Below the pieces are notes generated by a model that saw only the letters and a list, made by a program, of their open reading frames with translations, was not told the origin of the DNA and ran no database searches. A stretch of 64,000 bases of DNA, taken from NCBI GenBank assembly GCA_013239625.1, contig MU053881.1, positions 13,034,879-13,098,878 of the forward strand. The letters run 5' to 3'. The stretch is from Lama guanicoe. Lineage: Eukaryota. Below, piece by piece: positions 24,511 to 37,890 of the stretch. The first letter of the stretch is position 1; each line of letters begins with the position of its first letter. Both the position numbers and the translations under genes were made by a program.

Positions 24511-26439
24511 GAAGTAATGATCAAACTGTTTTCCGGAGTAGCAGTACCATTTTCCCACGAGTGATACATTTTCAGTTGCTCCACTTACTAGGCAGCATTC
24601 GGTAATATCAGTGTTTTTTCCATTATAGCCATTCTAATAGGCGTGCAATAGTATGGCATTGTGGTATTAATTTGCATTCCGTTAATAACATAATATTCAG
24701 CATCTTCTCATAGGCTTATTTGCAACTCACACATCTTCTTGTTAGAGTGGCTGTTCAAATCTGTCCACCCATGTTTTGGCTGGATTGTTTTCTTAGTCTT
24801 GATTTTTAAAAGTTTCTTACATATTCTGGAAATCAAGTCCTTTGTCAGACATGTGAGTTGAAATACGTTTCTGAAGTTTTTGCCTAACTGAAGGACACAT
24901 ACTTAATTTTTTCCTGTGTTTTCTTCTAAGATTTTTAAAGCCTTACATTTTACAATTTATTCTACAATCTATGCTGAGTTAATTTTGTATAAGGCATAGG
25001 TTGTGGTACTTTTTTTTTGTAAACAAATGTTCAAGCATCATTTGTTAGAAGTACTCTTTTCTCCACTGAATTACCTTTAGCTCTTTGTTAAAAAATCAAT
25101 TAATTGTATTTATGTAGGTTTTCTTCCCCTAAATTCTCTATTCTGTTTATTGATCTGTGTGTCTGTCCTTTTTCCAGTTACATACAGTCTTGATTGTTAC
25201 AGCTTGATATTAATTATTTTGGCTTGTTCTTTTGCCTTTTCATATAAATACTGAAATTAGTTTGTGTCAACAAAATCCTGCAGGAATTTTGATTGGGATT
25301 GACATCTTAATTATATTGAATCTTACAGTCAGTGAACACTATATACTTATGTATTGGATCTTATTTGATATCTTTCATCAGCATTTTATAGTTTCCATCA
25401 TACATACACTGTGCATATGTTGTTAGATGTATACCTAAGTAATTCATTTCCAGGGAACTTGTGAACAGAACTGTTTAAAAAATCTATATCTAATTGTTCA
25501 TTGACATTATATTGAAATATTACTGATTTTATTATGTTCACATTGTATTCTGTGACTTTGCTAAACTCGCTTATAATCACTAGGAGCTCTTCCACATACT
25601 GTTTACGGTTTTCTACATAGAAAATCTTGTCTTCTATGAATAGGAACAGTTTCATGTCTTTCTTTCCATTTCAGTGCTTTTTTATTTCTTTTCCTTGCTT
25701 CATTATGATTAGTAGAATCTCTGTACAGTGTTGAATAGGAGTGGTGAGAATGAACATCCTTCACTAGTAAGTACGGTGTTAGTTTTAGGTTTTATGTAGC
25801 TGCCATTTGTTGGGGAAAGGAAGTTTCACGCTTTGCTGAATTTTTTTTTAATCATGAATGGTTGTTGACTTTTGTCAAATGCTTTATTTCATGTACTTAT
25901 ATAATTACATAGTTTTTCTTTTTTAGCCCATTGATCTGGTGGATTATATTGACTGATTTTCTAATATTGACTTTCAATATTATATTTCTGAGATTAACCT
26001 CACTTGGTCATGATGGTTTATGTTTTTTTTATTTTGTTGCTAGATTAAACTTCTAATGTTTTGTTGAGGATTTTAGTATCTATGTTTATGATAGATACTA
26101 TTTTGCGGTTGGTTTTATTTTCTTGGACTATTTTTGTCTGATTTTGATATGAGGACAATCCTGACATCGTAAAATGAGCTGGTGTTTTGTTCTGTTTTCT
26201 GGAAGATTTATGTTAAATTTGTGTAATTTTTTTTCTTTCAACATTTTGTAGAATTCACCAGTGAAACCATCTAGACTTGACATTTTTCTTTCATAGAGAG
26301 TTTTAACCATGAATTCAATCTCTTTATTAGATGCAGAACTATGTATATAATCTCCATCTTCTTGAGACAGTCTTCTCAGTTTATGTTTTCAACAAAGTGG
26401 TCCATTTCCCTCATGTTGTCAATTTATGTTGATAGTGTT

Positions 26440-26814
26440 TTCTGTGGACTGAATGGTTGTGTCTCCCCCCAAATTCTTATGTTGAAACCCTAATCTCAGT
26501 GTGATGGTGTTTGGAGGTGGGGCCTTTAGAGATAATTAGGTCATGAGAGCAGAACTCCTAGGAATGGAATTAATTCCCTTATAGGAAGAGACCTGAGAGC
26601 TGGCTAGCTCGCTCTCTCCATCGTGTAAAAAAAACACAGCAAGAAAGCAGTCATCTGTAAATCTGAAAGATGATATGGAATCTGGCCATCACTAATCTAA
26701 CCATACTGGCATCTGATATGGGACTTCCAGCCATCAGAACTGTAAGAAATAAATGTATGTTGTTGATAAACCACCCAATTTGATTTTTTTATGGCAGCCT
26801 GATTGACTAAAACA
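26440..26814 (+). mobile_element. MaLR solo LTR (MLT1A-like) with 5-bp TSD
   Basis: 'ctgtggactgaatggttgtgtctccccccaaattcttatgttgaaaccctaatc...atggcagcctgattgactaaaaca'. GTGTT flanks both sides (26435-26439, 26815-26819). Confidence 0.9.
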
Positions 26815-27529
26815 GTGTTGTTCCTAATATTCCCTCATTAAATTTTAGTGTCTGTAGATTTACAGATATTCCCCTTTTCATTCCTATTATTAGAACTTTA
26901 TATTTATTCATTTTCTTGGTCACTGGCTAGAGTTTATCAATTTTATTGGTGTTTACAAAGAACCAGCTTTTGACTTTGGACTTTACTTTGTCTATTATTT
27001 TTCTGTTTTCAGTTTCTTTGGTAATTCTCTCTTTATTTCCTTTTTATATATGTTTTGGGTTTATGTTGCTCTTTTTCTGGATCCTTGAGGTATAAGCTTA
27101 AGTTAGTGATTTGAGACCTTTATTCTTTTTCCAATGTATTCATTTAATGCTATAAATTTCTGTAATTCCTGATTTTGACGCATTCTACAAGTTTTAATAT
27201 GATGTATCTCATTTTCATTCAGTTCAAAATATATTTGAATTTATCCCGAGACTTTCTCTTTAGCCAAATGATTATTTAGAAGTATGTTGTTTAATTTTCA
27301 AGTATGAAGGGCTTTCCAGATATATTTCTAATTAAATTCCATTATAGTGACAAGGTAAAGTTTGTATAGTTTATTTTTTGGTTAATTTGTTAATTTTTTT
27401 TTCTGTGACGACCTAGAACATGTTCTAGTTTGATGAATGTTTAGTATACATATGAAAAGAATGTGTAGTCTCATTCTTTTGGGTTGAGGATTCTATATAT
27501 GTCAGTCAGTTAGGTCAAGGTAATTGAAG

Positions 27530-27690
27530 ATTAGAGGTTCTGATTCTGATCACCAGCTAAAAGGTTCTGGACCCAGTTCCAACATATATAGGGGTGGGGT
27601 TTTCCCCATACCAGTTATTCAGACACTAGTAGGTTATCATACAGTTCAACTCAATTCTGACATTATCTATCTAAAAATAGCATCAGAGCT
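27530..27690 (-). mobile_element. Short ERV LTR fragment nested in L1
   Basis: 'cagttcaactcaattctgacattatctatctaaaaatagcatcaga' shares a motif with 14515-14790. Confidence 0.5.
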
Positions 27691-30600
27691 CGGAGAAACA
27701 AGGATATAACTTTGCATGGTGTAACTTTTTCCACTTTTTTGTTTTAGTTTAATATATCCATATAATTTTATTTAAAGTAAGTTTCACATAAACACCATAT
27801 ATTTGGGTATTTTTTAGACCAATCTGATTATCTCTATCTTTAAACTGGTCATCTTATATCATTTATATTTAATGTAATATTAATGTTTGGGTTTAGACTA
27901 CCCTTTTTTTTCCTATTTGTTTAATGTGTTTTTTGTTTCTCTTCTCTTTCTCTTGCCTTCCTTAAATTATGTGAACAATTTGTAAAATTCCATTTTAATT
28001 TATCTATTAAATTTTTCACTGTATATTTTTTACATTTATTTTATTGATTGCTGTAGAGTTTTTAATGATTTGTCATTTGTCACATAGAATCAATATTTTA
28101 CCTCTTCAGGTGAAACGTAGACCCCTTAATACCTTTTAATCCCTTTACTCTACCTTCCTTATGTTGTAATTGTCATATGTATTATAGCTGGATAAACTGA
28201 GAGCCCTACCAACCAGTCTTAAATATATGTTTTCAACTGTTAGGCATACTTTAAAGAATTTAAGAGCAGAAAAATGGTTTACTTTATTTACACATATATT
28301 TACCTTTTCTTTTACTTTTCTCTTATTTCCTAGTTTGTAAATTTTCTTCTGACATCATTTCTCTTTTGCCTGAAAAACTGTCTTAAGCATTTCCTTGAGA
28401 GGAGTGTGCTAGAGACAGATTATTTTAGTTTTCCTTCATCTGAGAATGCTTTTATTGTGTCATTATTCCTGAAGAATATTTTTTCTGGGTAAAGAATTTT
28501 TGGTTAGCAATTGTTTGCTTTCAGCGCTTAAAAAAAAAGTGTCCAACTGTTTCCCATGGTTTGTAATAAGAAATCGACAGTCATTAGAATTACTATTCCC
28601 TGACACATCACATGTAATTTTTCTGGCTTTCTTTTTTTTCCCTTTATCTTTGATTTTAAGCATTTTCATTAGGATGTGTATAGACTTAGTTTTCTGTGAG
28701 CTTATTCTGTTTGCAGTTTATGGAGGCTCTTAAATATGCAGATTTTTGTCATTCACCAAATTTGGGGCATTTTCAGGTATTCTTTTTTTTTTTTTTGAGG
28801 GGGTCACAAACTTCCCCCTATCCTTATGAGACTGCAGTGACAAGGACATTCGACTTTTGGTATTATTCCACGGGTCCCTGAGGCTTTGATCATTATTTTT
28901 TCCAATCGTTTTACTCCCTGTTGTTCAGACTGGATCATTTCTATTAGTTTATATTCAAGTTCACTGATACTTTCCTCTTTAATTTTTCAACCTGCTACTG
29001 AATCCATCCAGTAAGTTTTTTTGTTGTTGTTCGTTTGATTGTTGTGCTTTTCACTTTTAGCATTTCCGCGTTTTAGGTAACACATTTCTCTAATGAAATT
29101 TCAAGCTTTCCATTGGTTTCAAGAGTTTCTACCCCTAATTTGCAAAGATTGGGAGTAGTAATTGCTTTAAAATCTGCCTGATCGTTCCAAGATATGTCTC
29201 TGTGTTTGGTATCTGTTTCCATTTTCCTTGAATGTTGTTGAAATGTTCATGCCTCTTTGTATCTTGATTAATTTTGTTGTGTCCCAGATACCTGAAATAT
29301 TATTTTCTGAGTCTCTGGGTCATGTTGAAATTCTCTGGAGAATATTGACATTGTTGTTTGTTTTTAACAAGTAATTAATCTCATTTGGGTTAAGCTTCAA
29401 TTCCCATTCTGTCTCACGTGGACCTTGTTTCTAATGTCAGTTCAGCTTTTAAAGGCTTCATTTTGCTATTTGAATCAACCCTGCTTATGTGTCACATGCG
29501 GGGACTTGTGTGGAACCTGGATGCTGGCCTACATCACAGGTCCGCTCTCAGAGCACTGGTCTGGGGATCATTTCCATAGATGCACAGGGATGATTTCCAT
29601 GTGTTGCTCTTGTTCTTCTTCCTTATCTTCTCCTCAGACTCTCTCTTCTCTGTAATTTCCCTGCTTCACTGTTGCTCAGAGCTTACCCTTGCTCTCTGGC
29701 CAGAAAGGCAGGATTGTAAATGCCCACATTGTTATAGATCTCCTGCAGATGTATTCTTCTCCAGGGCATATAAGTGAACCTGGTTGCTGCTCCCAATTCT
29801 GCATCCCAGGATGGAAGCTTGGAGACTGTGTTTGGCATCCAGGGCAGGCAGAACTAGGAGAGAAAAATGAAAGAAAGGATATCCACCACTCTTTCTGTTC
29901 CAGAGGTTTCCTCTCCCAGTCCTCTGACCAAAGAAAAGGGGTTTTTTTCCATGGCCACACTCCATGCGTTTGCCAATTCATAAAGACTGTGAATCCAAGA
30001 AGAATGATAGGAAGGTAAAAAGGAAAAGAGGAAACTGGCCACTGTGCCCGTTTTTCTTCACGCTGTGATTTTCCTTTCCGATCCACCAGCTATTAGTTAC
30101 TTTTCAGAGTCCTTGGGTAATTGCTTTATGTACTTCGTCCAGAATTTTAAATTGTAATAGATGGAAGAGATAGAATGTTTACTCTGTCTTAACCATACCA
30201 GAATCCTGCTGTACTGGCATTTGAAATATATATATATATTTTTAAATCTTCTTTTCCTAGAACCTTTGAGAATTAACTATGAACTCAGGAGGTGGTAAGC
30301 AGGGACCGAGAGTGCTCACCTCAGTTACCACATCTATGTGAAGATGGGTGGAATTCATTGATCTCAGCTGATCTCAGTGATCTTTCAGTTTTATGTTGTA
30401 TTTTTTGTTAATGCTAAATGAGGTGAAGGATCACAAGGATGAGTTGCAAACACAAAATTGAAGTGCCACTACCTGGATTTTAAAGATACCCTTTTATTTC
30501 ACCACCTGCATAGCCTTAGCTGACCAGATTATTTTCCAATATAGTGGGAAAAACACAAACTGAACATTTTTGTGTTCAATTCTAAAAGAGAAGGGCCAGT

Positions 30601-31319
30601 TCCAACAATTTTCCAAGCAGGAATACCTACTTTCCTACCAAAGGAAATACTTAACCCTGTTTTTTTCCCCAACTTCTTGGGTCTTCCAGATGAGATCGTT
30701 TAGGGAGTTGCCAGTTTCCAACATAGAGAATACCCCCCTAATAGTTTCGCATTTGAAGGAGCTGGAGGAGGCTAGTGTCAGTCTAGCATTTTATTAAGGA
30801 TGCAGCATATGTGAAGTGCCATGTGGAAGATGTGTGCATATATGAGGCTCAATTCAGTAGAACAATTTCCTTACAGGGGTTAAAAAAAAAAAGTTTAAAA
30901 AAAGCAAAAAAAAAACCCCAAAAACCTAGCAATTGTTAAACCAAGTCTCTAAAACTAGCCACAAGTTTTTTTTTCTCCAAATGCTTCCAGATGCTTTAAT
31001 TGGAAAAGATGACTGAAAAAATGTTTTACAGTCAGCTTTTCTCCCTTAAAATGTGACGTATATTTTATGAACTTAAGTTAAAAAAAAAGTCTTTAGCTAT
31101 TAATCTATTAAGTGATGTGCAATTTTTGCTTACTTACCTCAAGTGACTTAAAAGAGTTCATTGGAAAGATGATCCAAAAAACTTTGATCTAGAGCTGGAA
31201 GCAACCTGGACATCTTTGTTATGTGTTCATCATGTTATGTGTTCTCTCTGAGATTCACAGAATGACATGGCTTGATATTCATATAATTAACTTACCAGTG
31301 TTACCATTTTTGCTAATAG

Positions 31320-31565
31320 TAACATTCATGAAGCACTTACTGTATACTGGGAACTGAACTAGATGCTTCGTGTACATTTAATCCTCAGAATAACTGCATG
31401 TATTATGTACTGTCGTTATTTCCACTTTGAACCACTTTTAAGAAAAGTACATGAAGCTTGGAGAAGTTAAGTAAGTTGCCCAAAGATTCATAGATAGAAA
31501 GGAGCAAAGCCAGGGTGTACATGCAGTCCTGTAGGACGCTAGAGTGCATGCTCTCAACCACTACA
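31320..31565 (-). mobile_element. MIR SINE
   Basis: 'gcacttactgtatactgggaactg...atttaatcctcagaataac...gaagttaagtaagttgcccaaag...ctctcaaccactac'. Confidence 0.75.
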
Positions 31566-32131
31566 GAATACTTTGAATTAATACAAAGAGGTTAAAGGCT
31601 AATGATAAATATAATTATTGACCTACCAGTATAATGTCTTTGAACTTAAACCAGGCTCTTAATGCTGAAGGCCTAGAAGTCCTTACTGGTCATTGAGAGA
31701 ATGTCAAGCAGGTTAATCGTTTATATAATTTGAGTTAGAAACACCTTTTAGTAGACTTTGTATCATAAAGACCAGACAGTTGACAATTGTACCTGTGAAT
31801 AGGTTTCATCATGATACCAACACCATATCAAATGCCCCAAATTGTGTGACATTGCACAAGGAAGTTATCCCAAATCACTGTGGCTACTTCTGTGAATCAA
31901 ATCAGTAGTACCTGTGTCATTGAGATGATGCATATTTAGTCCAGAGTTTATCAAAGTGTGAATTATAAATTAGCATTGTGATTGGTAAATCTGATACATT
32001 AGATGGTGAGAATATTAAAAAATGTAGGGAGGGAGAGAGAGAAAGTAATGAGAGAATAGAAAATACCAGTATATATTGTCAGAGTTAACTGTTTTATAAT
32101 ATACTTGTTTTTATTATAAATTTTCATATTT

Positions 32132-32268
32132 GGGGGGAGGGTGCTCAAGTGGTAGAGCGCATGCTTATCATGCATGAGGTCCTGGGTTCAATCCCCAGTA
32201 CCTCCTCTAAAAATTAAATAAACCTAATTACCCTGCCCCCCTCAAAAAATAAAAAACAAAAACAAAGC
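32132..32268 (+). mobile_element. tRNA-Ala-derived SINE (camelid vic-1 type)
   Basis: GGGGGGAGGGTGCTCAAGTGGTAGAGCGCATGCTTATCATGCATGAGGTCCTGGGTTCAATCCCCAGTACCTCC carries A and B boxes. Followed by 'tctaaaaattaaataaacctaattaccc' and an A-rich tail. Same structure as 42408. Confidence 0.88.
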
Positions 32269-32585
32269 AAATTTTAGGATTCAGTTAGTTCATTCTAAGA
32301 TTCACAGAACCACTTGTTACAATAGTGAAGTTTTGTCTGTAGTTAGGAGTCTAGCAGCTAAGGGATTTCTTGATGCATTAGGGTCTTCTAGGACCACCAC
32401 CACTCTGTTTTAATTGATCAGTGTCCAAGGCAAAATAATTGCCTGATATTTCATATACACATCTCCATTTACATGTATATGTATATTGAGGTACTGAATT
32501 GTGATTTAAAATGTATATTTTTATTAACGATCATGGAAAAAAATTTAACAATTTAACCCCCCCATATTAGTCAATATAATCTTGT

Positions 32586-32814
32586 CAGTAATTCTCAATC
32601 AAGAACAGTTTTCCCCTTTGGAGAATGTTTGGCATTGTCTGGAAATGTTTTTGGTATGTCACGAATGGAGATGGGAGAGTGGAGGAGACAGGTGTTGCTA
32701 GCAGCTAGTGGGTAAAGGGCCAAGGATGCTGCTACATTTCCACATTGCAACGAGCAGCCTTTCAAAGAATTATCTGGCCCCAAATGGCAATAAGGTCAAG
32801 GTTGGGAAACTATG
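32586..32814 (+). mobile_element. MER20 (hAT-Charlie DNA transposon relic)
   Basis: Terminal inverted repeats CAGTAATTCTCAA...TTGGGAAACTATG. Internal 'tttggcattgtctggaaatgtttttgg', 'ctagtgggtaaagggccaaggatgctgcta', 'aaagaattatctggccccaaatg'. Confidence 0.85.
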
Positions 32815-35451
32815 GTCTGTGTGGTACCAAACAGAGATGAGGCTTCCATTTTCTTGTATAGAACGTTCTATAATTATCATTCTAAGCCCATTATCATAAA
32901 TAGGATTTTAATTTTCTATATGTTCTAAATTATCTTGCTTGAGCAAGCTGTTTATTCTGAGATTTGGAGAAGTCTGCTCTTTATTTGCATGCATGCAGTT
33001 TTTAAGTTTATTTTCTGTTGTATATGGATTGTGAAATGCCCTTTTCCTTGTTCGAGTTTTGATTTGCAGGCTAATTCCCACAGAATTATAGTTATCACAG
33101 TCTGAATGGTTTTGAAGGGATTTTCATCACCTGGATGAGGAAGGAGAGTTTGTTTTCCTGATGGGAACGATGTATAACCAGGCCAGGGCCACTCCTCCGT
33201 CTATTACTGGGTCAACAGGCTACGGATGAATGAATGTTAGCAAATTGGCAGTGGATTACACCTTTATACTCTGCAAGTTATAACGTTAGCTTTAGGATAA
33301 CTGTTGCAAAGCTGTTTTATTGAATTACAGTTTCCATTTAAGCACATTTTGTAATAGATTTATTTTTCTGAAAGTAATTGTTGTGAGCACCAAATTTGAA
33401 AAATTAATGTCTGATCTCTGTTTTGTTTTTGATATTACTGTTTCCATTGCTAATATATTTCTTTTAACTTAAAAAGTAAAATAATAAATGTATTTGGCCA
33501 AAATATGAAATATTTTAGACCCTAAGCCAGTCCTAAATTTCTAGGTATTTAATACTCTACAGGTTGAAAAGTTATGCTTATTTTATAAAAATAAGCTTAT
33601 ACTATAAAAACATGTTCTGAACCTTACTTTTTGGCTTAGTAAATCTTGAAGATTTTTCCATATCAGCATGTATATTTCTACCTTACTTTCACATGGTGAT
33701 CATATCGTAAATTAACCATAAGTGAAATATAACAGGAATATACTACATCATATCATTATTGATGGATATTTGTCCCTGTCTCTTCCTATCTCTGTCTCTC
33801 TCTTCTGTTACAAACAAAGCTTCATTAAACATCATTTTACATGTATATTTCTAGAATGGTTTCTAACAGTGAAATTAACATGTGAAATGGAATGTGTACT
33901 TTCAATTTTGATAGAAGTTGTCAACTTGATAAAATCTGAGTTTTGACACCTAGTTGATTAAGATGCCAACAATACTGGAAAAGAAACAAGTGTGTGAGGT
34001 TGAGATAAAGAAAAGGCTGACAACGGATTGCTTTCTTTTTAGGTCTAGGAGACAAATTCGAGTTCAGGTGGGATAAATAATAACAGTCAAAAACATAAAA
34101 ATTCTCCTTAGAAGGTTCTTGTTTTAATCTTTAAAATGTTATGGCCCTATATATTCTAAGTTTTCTACTGTGTTTTCATTTCTTTAGATCTTGTTCTAAG
34201 CTGTATCTTCTTTTTGAATAGGTACTTAAGATTTTTGTTCACTGTTTCATCAAATAGTATTGAATAGAACAGTGATTTACTATAATCATATGCTGCAAGT
34301 TAAGATTCACTTATTTGAAGATAATTTCTATTTAAATTGAATCATTAAACCGTAACCTGGGCACCACTGCTCTCTAGTTCTCAGCTTGGCCAAACCATAC
34401 AAATAATATGCATGAGGAAATAGTCTCAGTTGTGCCAGAGTATCAAGTGATAGCAAACAAAATAATTAGTGGTTAAGTATTTTCTTTTCAAATTTCAGTG
34501 GTGCACAAAACCTAACAGTTTACTTCCAATTTCATTAAATGTTGCCCATTACAATATTTGTTTTTAATTAAAATAGTCTTGCAGTTTGGGATGTAGGAGG
34601 CATGTTTATTGGAAACTAAACTATGATAACAAGGAAATAAAGATTGCTTTTTTTCCTTCTTTGACTCAAATATTTGACAATGTTATGATAGCTATGTTTA
34701 CTCCAAGTTTTTTAAAAGACTATAAATCTATTGAAAAATTTATCAATCCAAATCAAACATACCAAGAAAGTTAGGGGTAAAAGTCAGAGTTGAATTCCTT
34801 CTAACCGTTAACCGGAACTACAGATATGTTGAAACTCAAGGAAACACAAATTTCATTTCAAAGCCAAGAGGACTGAAGAGTGACTCTTAGGGTGATGTTT
34901 ATCAGAGTGTATTGTATTCATTTTTTTAACTTGATGTCACAGGAACAGTCTGTTGGTTTTTCAGTATTTGCAAATAAGGCTTGGATTGTCTTTTATTGTC
35001 GTAGAATTGTCCTATTTCTTTTTTAGACATTTTTTTCTTTTTTCTGTTGCATTTTAGTTTAGCCACTGTGCTTTCAAAAGTTTACTGATATTCCTTAGCA
35101 GCTCTTCAAAATAATCTGTTTATATTTGTAGCAGCAGTCCAGAATTGTTCATTATCTTCCAATACTTCTTCTTGTGTTGTATTTTGTGTTGAAATTCCTC
35201 AGAAGGCAACGACCTTGTTGCTCTACATTTTCTACTTTGCGCCTAGTCTCGAGTCCTTTGCCAGTTGGCACTTCACTAATTGTATTTCCACTGAGCATTA
35301 TGAACTGTTCACATTTCTGGACGACAAGAAGGACAAATTAAGATGCATGACTTCTAAAATTAATGTTGTGAGCTGGCACCTTGATGATTCTGAAAATGGA
35401 GATTCAGTTAAAACCATAAGGAATATAATATAATTTCTTTAGGAGAGTGTG

Positions 35452-37890
35452 CTTTTTTTTTAAAGACTATTTTTTAGATAAGCTTTAGATTCAAAGCAAA
35501 ATTGAGTGAAAGGTGCAGAGAGATCTCCCATATACCCTCTGCCCCAGCTCATGCATTGCCTCCCCCCATTACCAACATCTCCCACATTTGTTACAATTGA
35601 TGAACCTCTGCTGGCACATCATTGTCATCCAAAGTCCACAGTTTACATGACCGTTCACTCTTTGTGTTATGCGGTCTGTGGATTTGGACAAATGTGTACT
35701 GACATGCATCCATCATTATAGTATCAAACTGAGTAGCTTAACTGCCCTAAAATTCTTGTGTGCTAAGCCTATTGATCTCTCTCTCCTCCTAACCCCAGCA
35801 ACCAATGATCTTTTTTACTGTCTGTATGGTTTTGTCTTTTCCAGTTTGTCACATAGTTGGAATCATACCATATGTAGCCTTTCTAGATTGACTTCTTTCA
35901 TTTGGTAATATGCATGTAAGTTTCCTGCAGGCATTTTCATGGCTTCATTGCTCACTTTTTATAGTGCTAAACAATATTCCATTGTCTGGGTGTATCACAA
36001 TGTATTTATCCATTCACTACTACGGAGCATCTTGGTCACTTCCAGGTTTTAGCATTTATGAAAAAGCTACTGTAAATATCCGTGTGCAAGTTTTTGTGTG
36101 GACATGATGTGGAGCATGTTATTTGTCGTAGGTATATCTTCTTGGGTGAGGTTATCTATTATGATCATTGATCACTTTTTAAAAAAAATTTTGTTGAGGT
36201 ATGGTTGATGTATAATGTATTAGTTTCAGGTGTATAGAAAAGTAATTCAGTTACACATAAATGTATGTATATATTGTTCTTCTGATGCTTTACCATTATA
36301 GGTTATTAAAAGATACTGAATATAGTTCCCTGTGCTATATAGTAGGTCCTTTGTATGTTACTCCAAAACTCCTAATTTATCCCTCCCTCCTCACTCCTTT
36401 CCTCTTAGGTGACTAGTTTATTTTCCATGTCTATGCACCTATTTCCTGATTGTAAATAAGTTCATTTGTATATTTTTAGATTCCACATGTAAGTGGTATC
36501 ATGTGATATTTGTCTTTCTCTGACTTGCTTCACTCAGTATGATAATCTCTAGGTCCATCCATGTCGCTGCAAATGGCATTATTTCATTTTTATGGCTGAG
36601 TAATATTCCATTATATATAGGTGTGTATATATACACACACATAAATATAACACATCTTCTTTATCCATTCATCTGTTGATGCACATTTAGGTTGCTTCCA
36701 TGTCTTAGCTATTGAAAATAGTGCTGCTCTGAACACTGGGGTGCATGTATCTTTTCGAATTACAGTTTTCTTCAGATATATGCCCAGGAGTGGGATTGCT
36801 GAATCAGATGGTAACTATTTTTGTTTCGTTTTTTTTTTTTTAAGGAAACTTCATACAGTTCTGCACAGTGGCTGCAGCAGTTTACATGCTCACCAACAAA
36901 CCTTTTTCTCCACACTCTCTCCAGCACTTACTATTAGTAGACTTTGATGATGCTGTTCTGAATGGTGTGAATTGATACCTCATTGTAGTTTTGATTTGCA
37001 TTTCTCTGATAATTAGTAATATAGAGAATCTTTTCATGTGCCTGTTGGCCATCTGCATGTCTTCTTTGGAGAAATGTCTGTTTAGATCTTTGCCCATTTT
37101 TTGGTTGGGTTGATTGTTTTTTGCTATTAAGCTGTATGAGCTGTTAGTATGTTTTTAAAATTAATCCCTTGTCGGTCTCATCATTTACAAATACTGTCTT
37201 TTCATTTTGTTTATGATTTCCTTTGCTGTGCAAAAACTTTTCGGTTTCATTAGATCCCATTTGCTTACTTTTGCTTTTATTTCCATTACTCTGAGAGATG
37301 GATTGAAATAAATATTGCTGAGATTTATGTCAGAGAGGGTGTCTGCCTATTGTTTCTCTCTAGGAGTTTTATGGTATCTTGTCTTACATTTAGGTCTTTG
37401 ATCCATTTTGAGCTTATTTTTGTATATAATGTTAGAGAATGTTGTAATTTCATTCTTTTACATGTAGCTGTCCAGTATTCTCCGTACCACTTATTGAAGA
37501 GACTATCTTTTCTCCATTGTATATTCTTACTCTTTTCTCATAGATTAATTGACCATAAGTGAGTGGGTTTATTTTGGGGCTTTATTCTGTTACATTGATC
37601 TAAGTGTCTGTTTTGGGGCCAGTACCATTACTGTTTTGATGACTGTAGCTTTGTAGTATATTTGACCACTTTTTTATTGGGTTGTTTATTTTCTTATTGT
37701 TGGGTTTTAAAAGTTCATTGTGTACTTTGGGTAGTGGCCCCTTATTAGATGTGTCTTTTGCAAGTCTTTTCTCCAAGTTTGTGGCTTTTTTGTCAGTTTC
37801 TTGATACCACACTGTTTTGATACTATAGTGCTTTGTTATGTTTGAAATCAGGAATTGTGGGTTCCCCAGTTTTGTCTCCTTTTTCAAGAT
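35452..37890 (-). mobile_element. Old L1 (L1MC-like) 3' end interrupted by a younger L1
   Basis: 'tttagattcaaagcaaaattgag...catttgttacaattgatgaacct...tccaaagtccacagtttacat'. Resumes after 37662 (ORF remnant LLKPNNKKINNPIKKW). Confidence 0.85.
36181..37661 (-). mobile_element. Younger L1 (~1.5 kb, 5'-truncated) with TSD
   Basis: ORF2 remnant [57 protein letters not shown] (36168-36180) / TTGACCACTTTTT (37662-37674). Confidence 0.9.

Larger units (their letters stand above)
22390..30210 (-). mobile_element. Long, heavily decayed old L1 (L1MC/MD/ME-type), 3' end left and 5' end right, with nested insertions
   Basis: T-rich tail at ~22410. 3'UTR motifs 'gcaaccaatgaccttctttcc...ttttccagaatatc'. 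ORF2 remnants (MKLFLFIEDKIFYVEN; SSLDGFTGEFYKMLKE). ORF1-like remnant at 28463..28669. 5' UTR to ~30205. Confidence 0.85.

Noticed and set aside
29425..30086. Cluster of overlapping ORFs (up to 136 aa)
   Set aside because: Lies in the 5' region of the old L1 and shows no protein similarity.
32132..32206. tRNA-Ala gene (also 42408-42482)
   Set aside because: Followed by a SINE body and A tail, with a TSD on one copy and substitutions or deletions in the tRNA-like part. These are SINEs, not tRNA genes.
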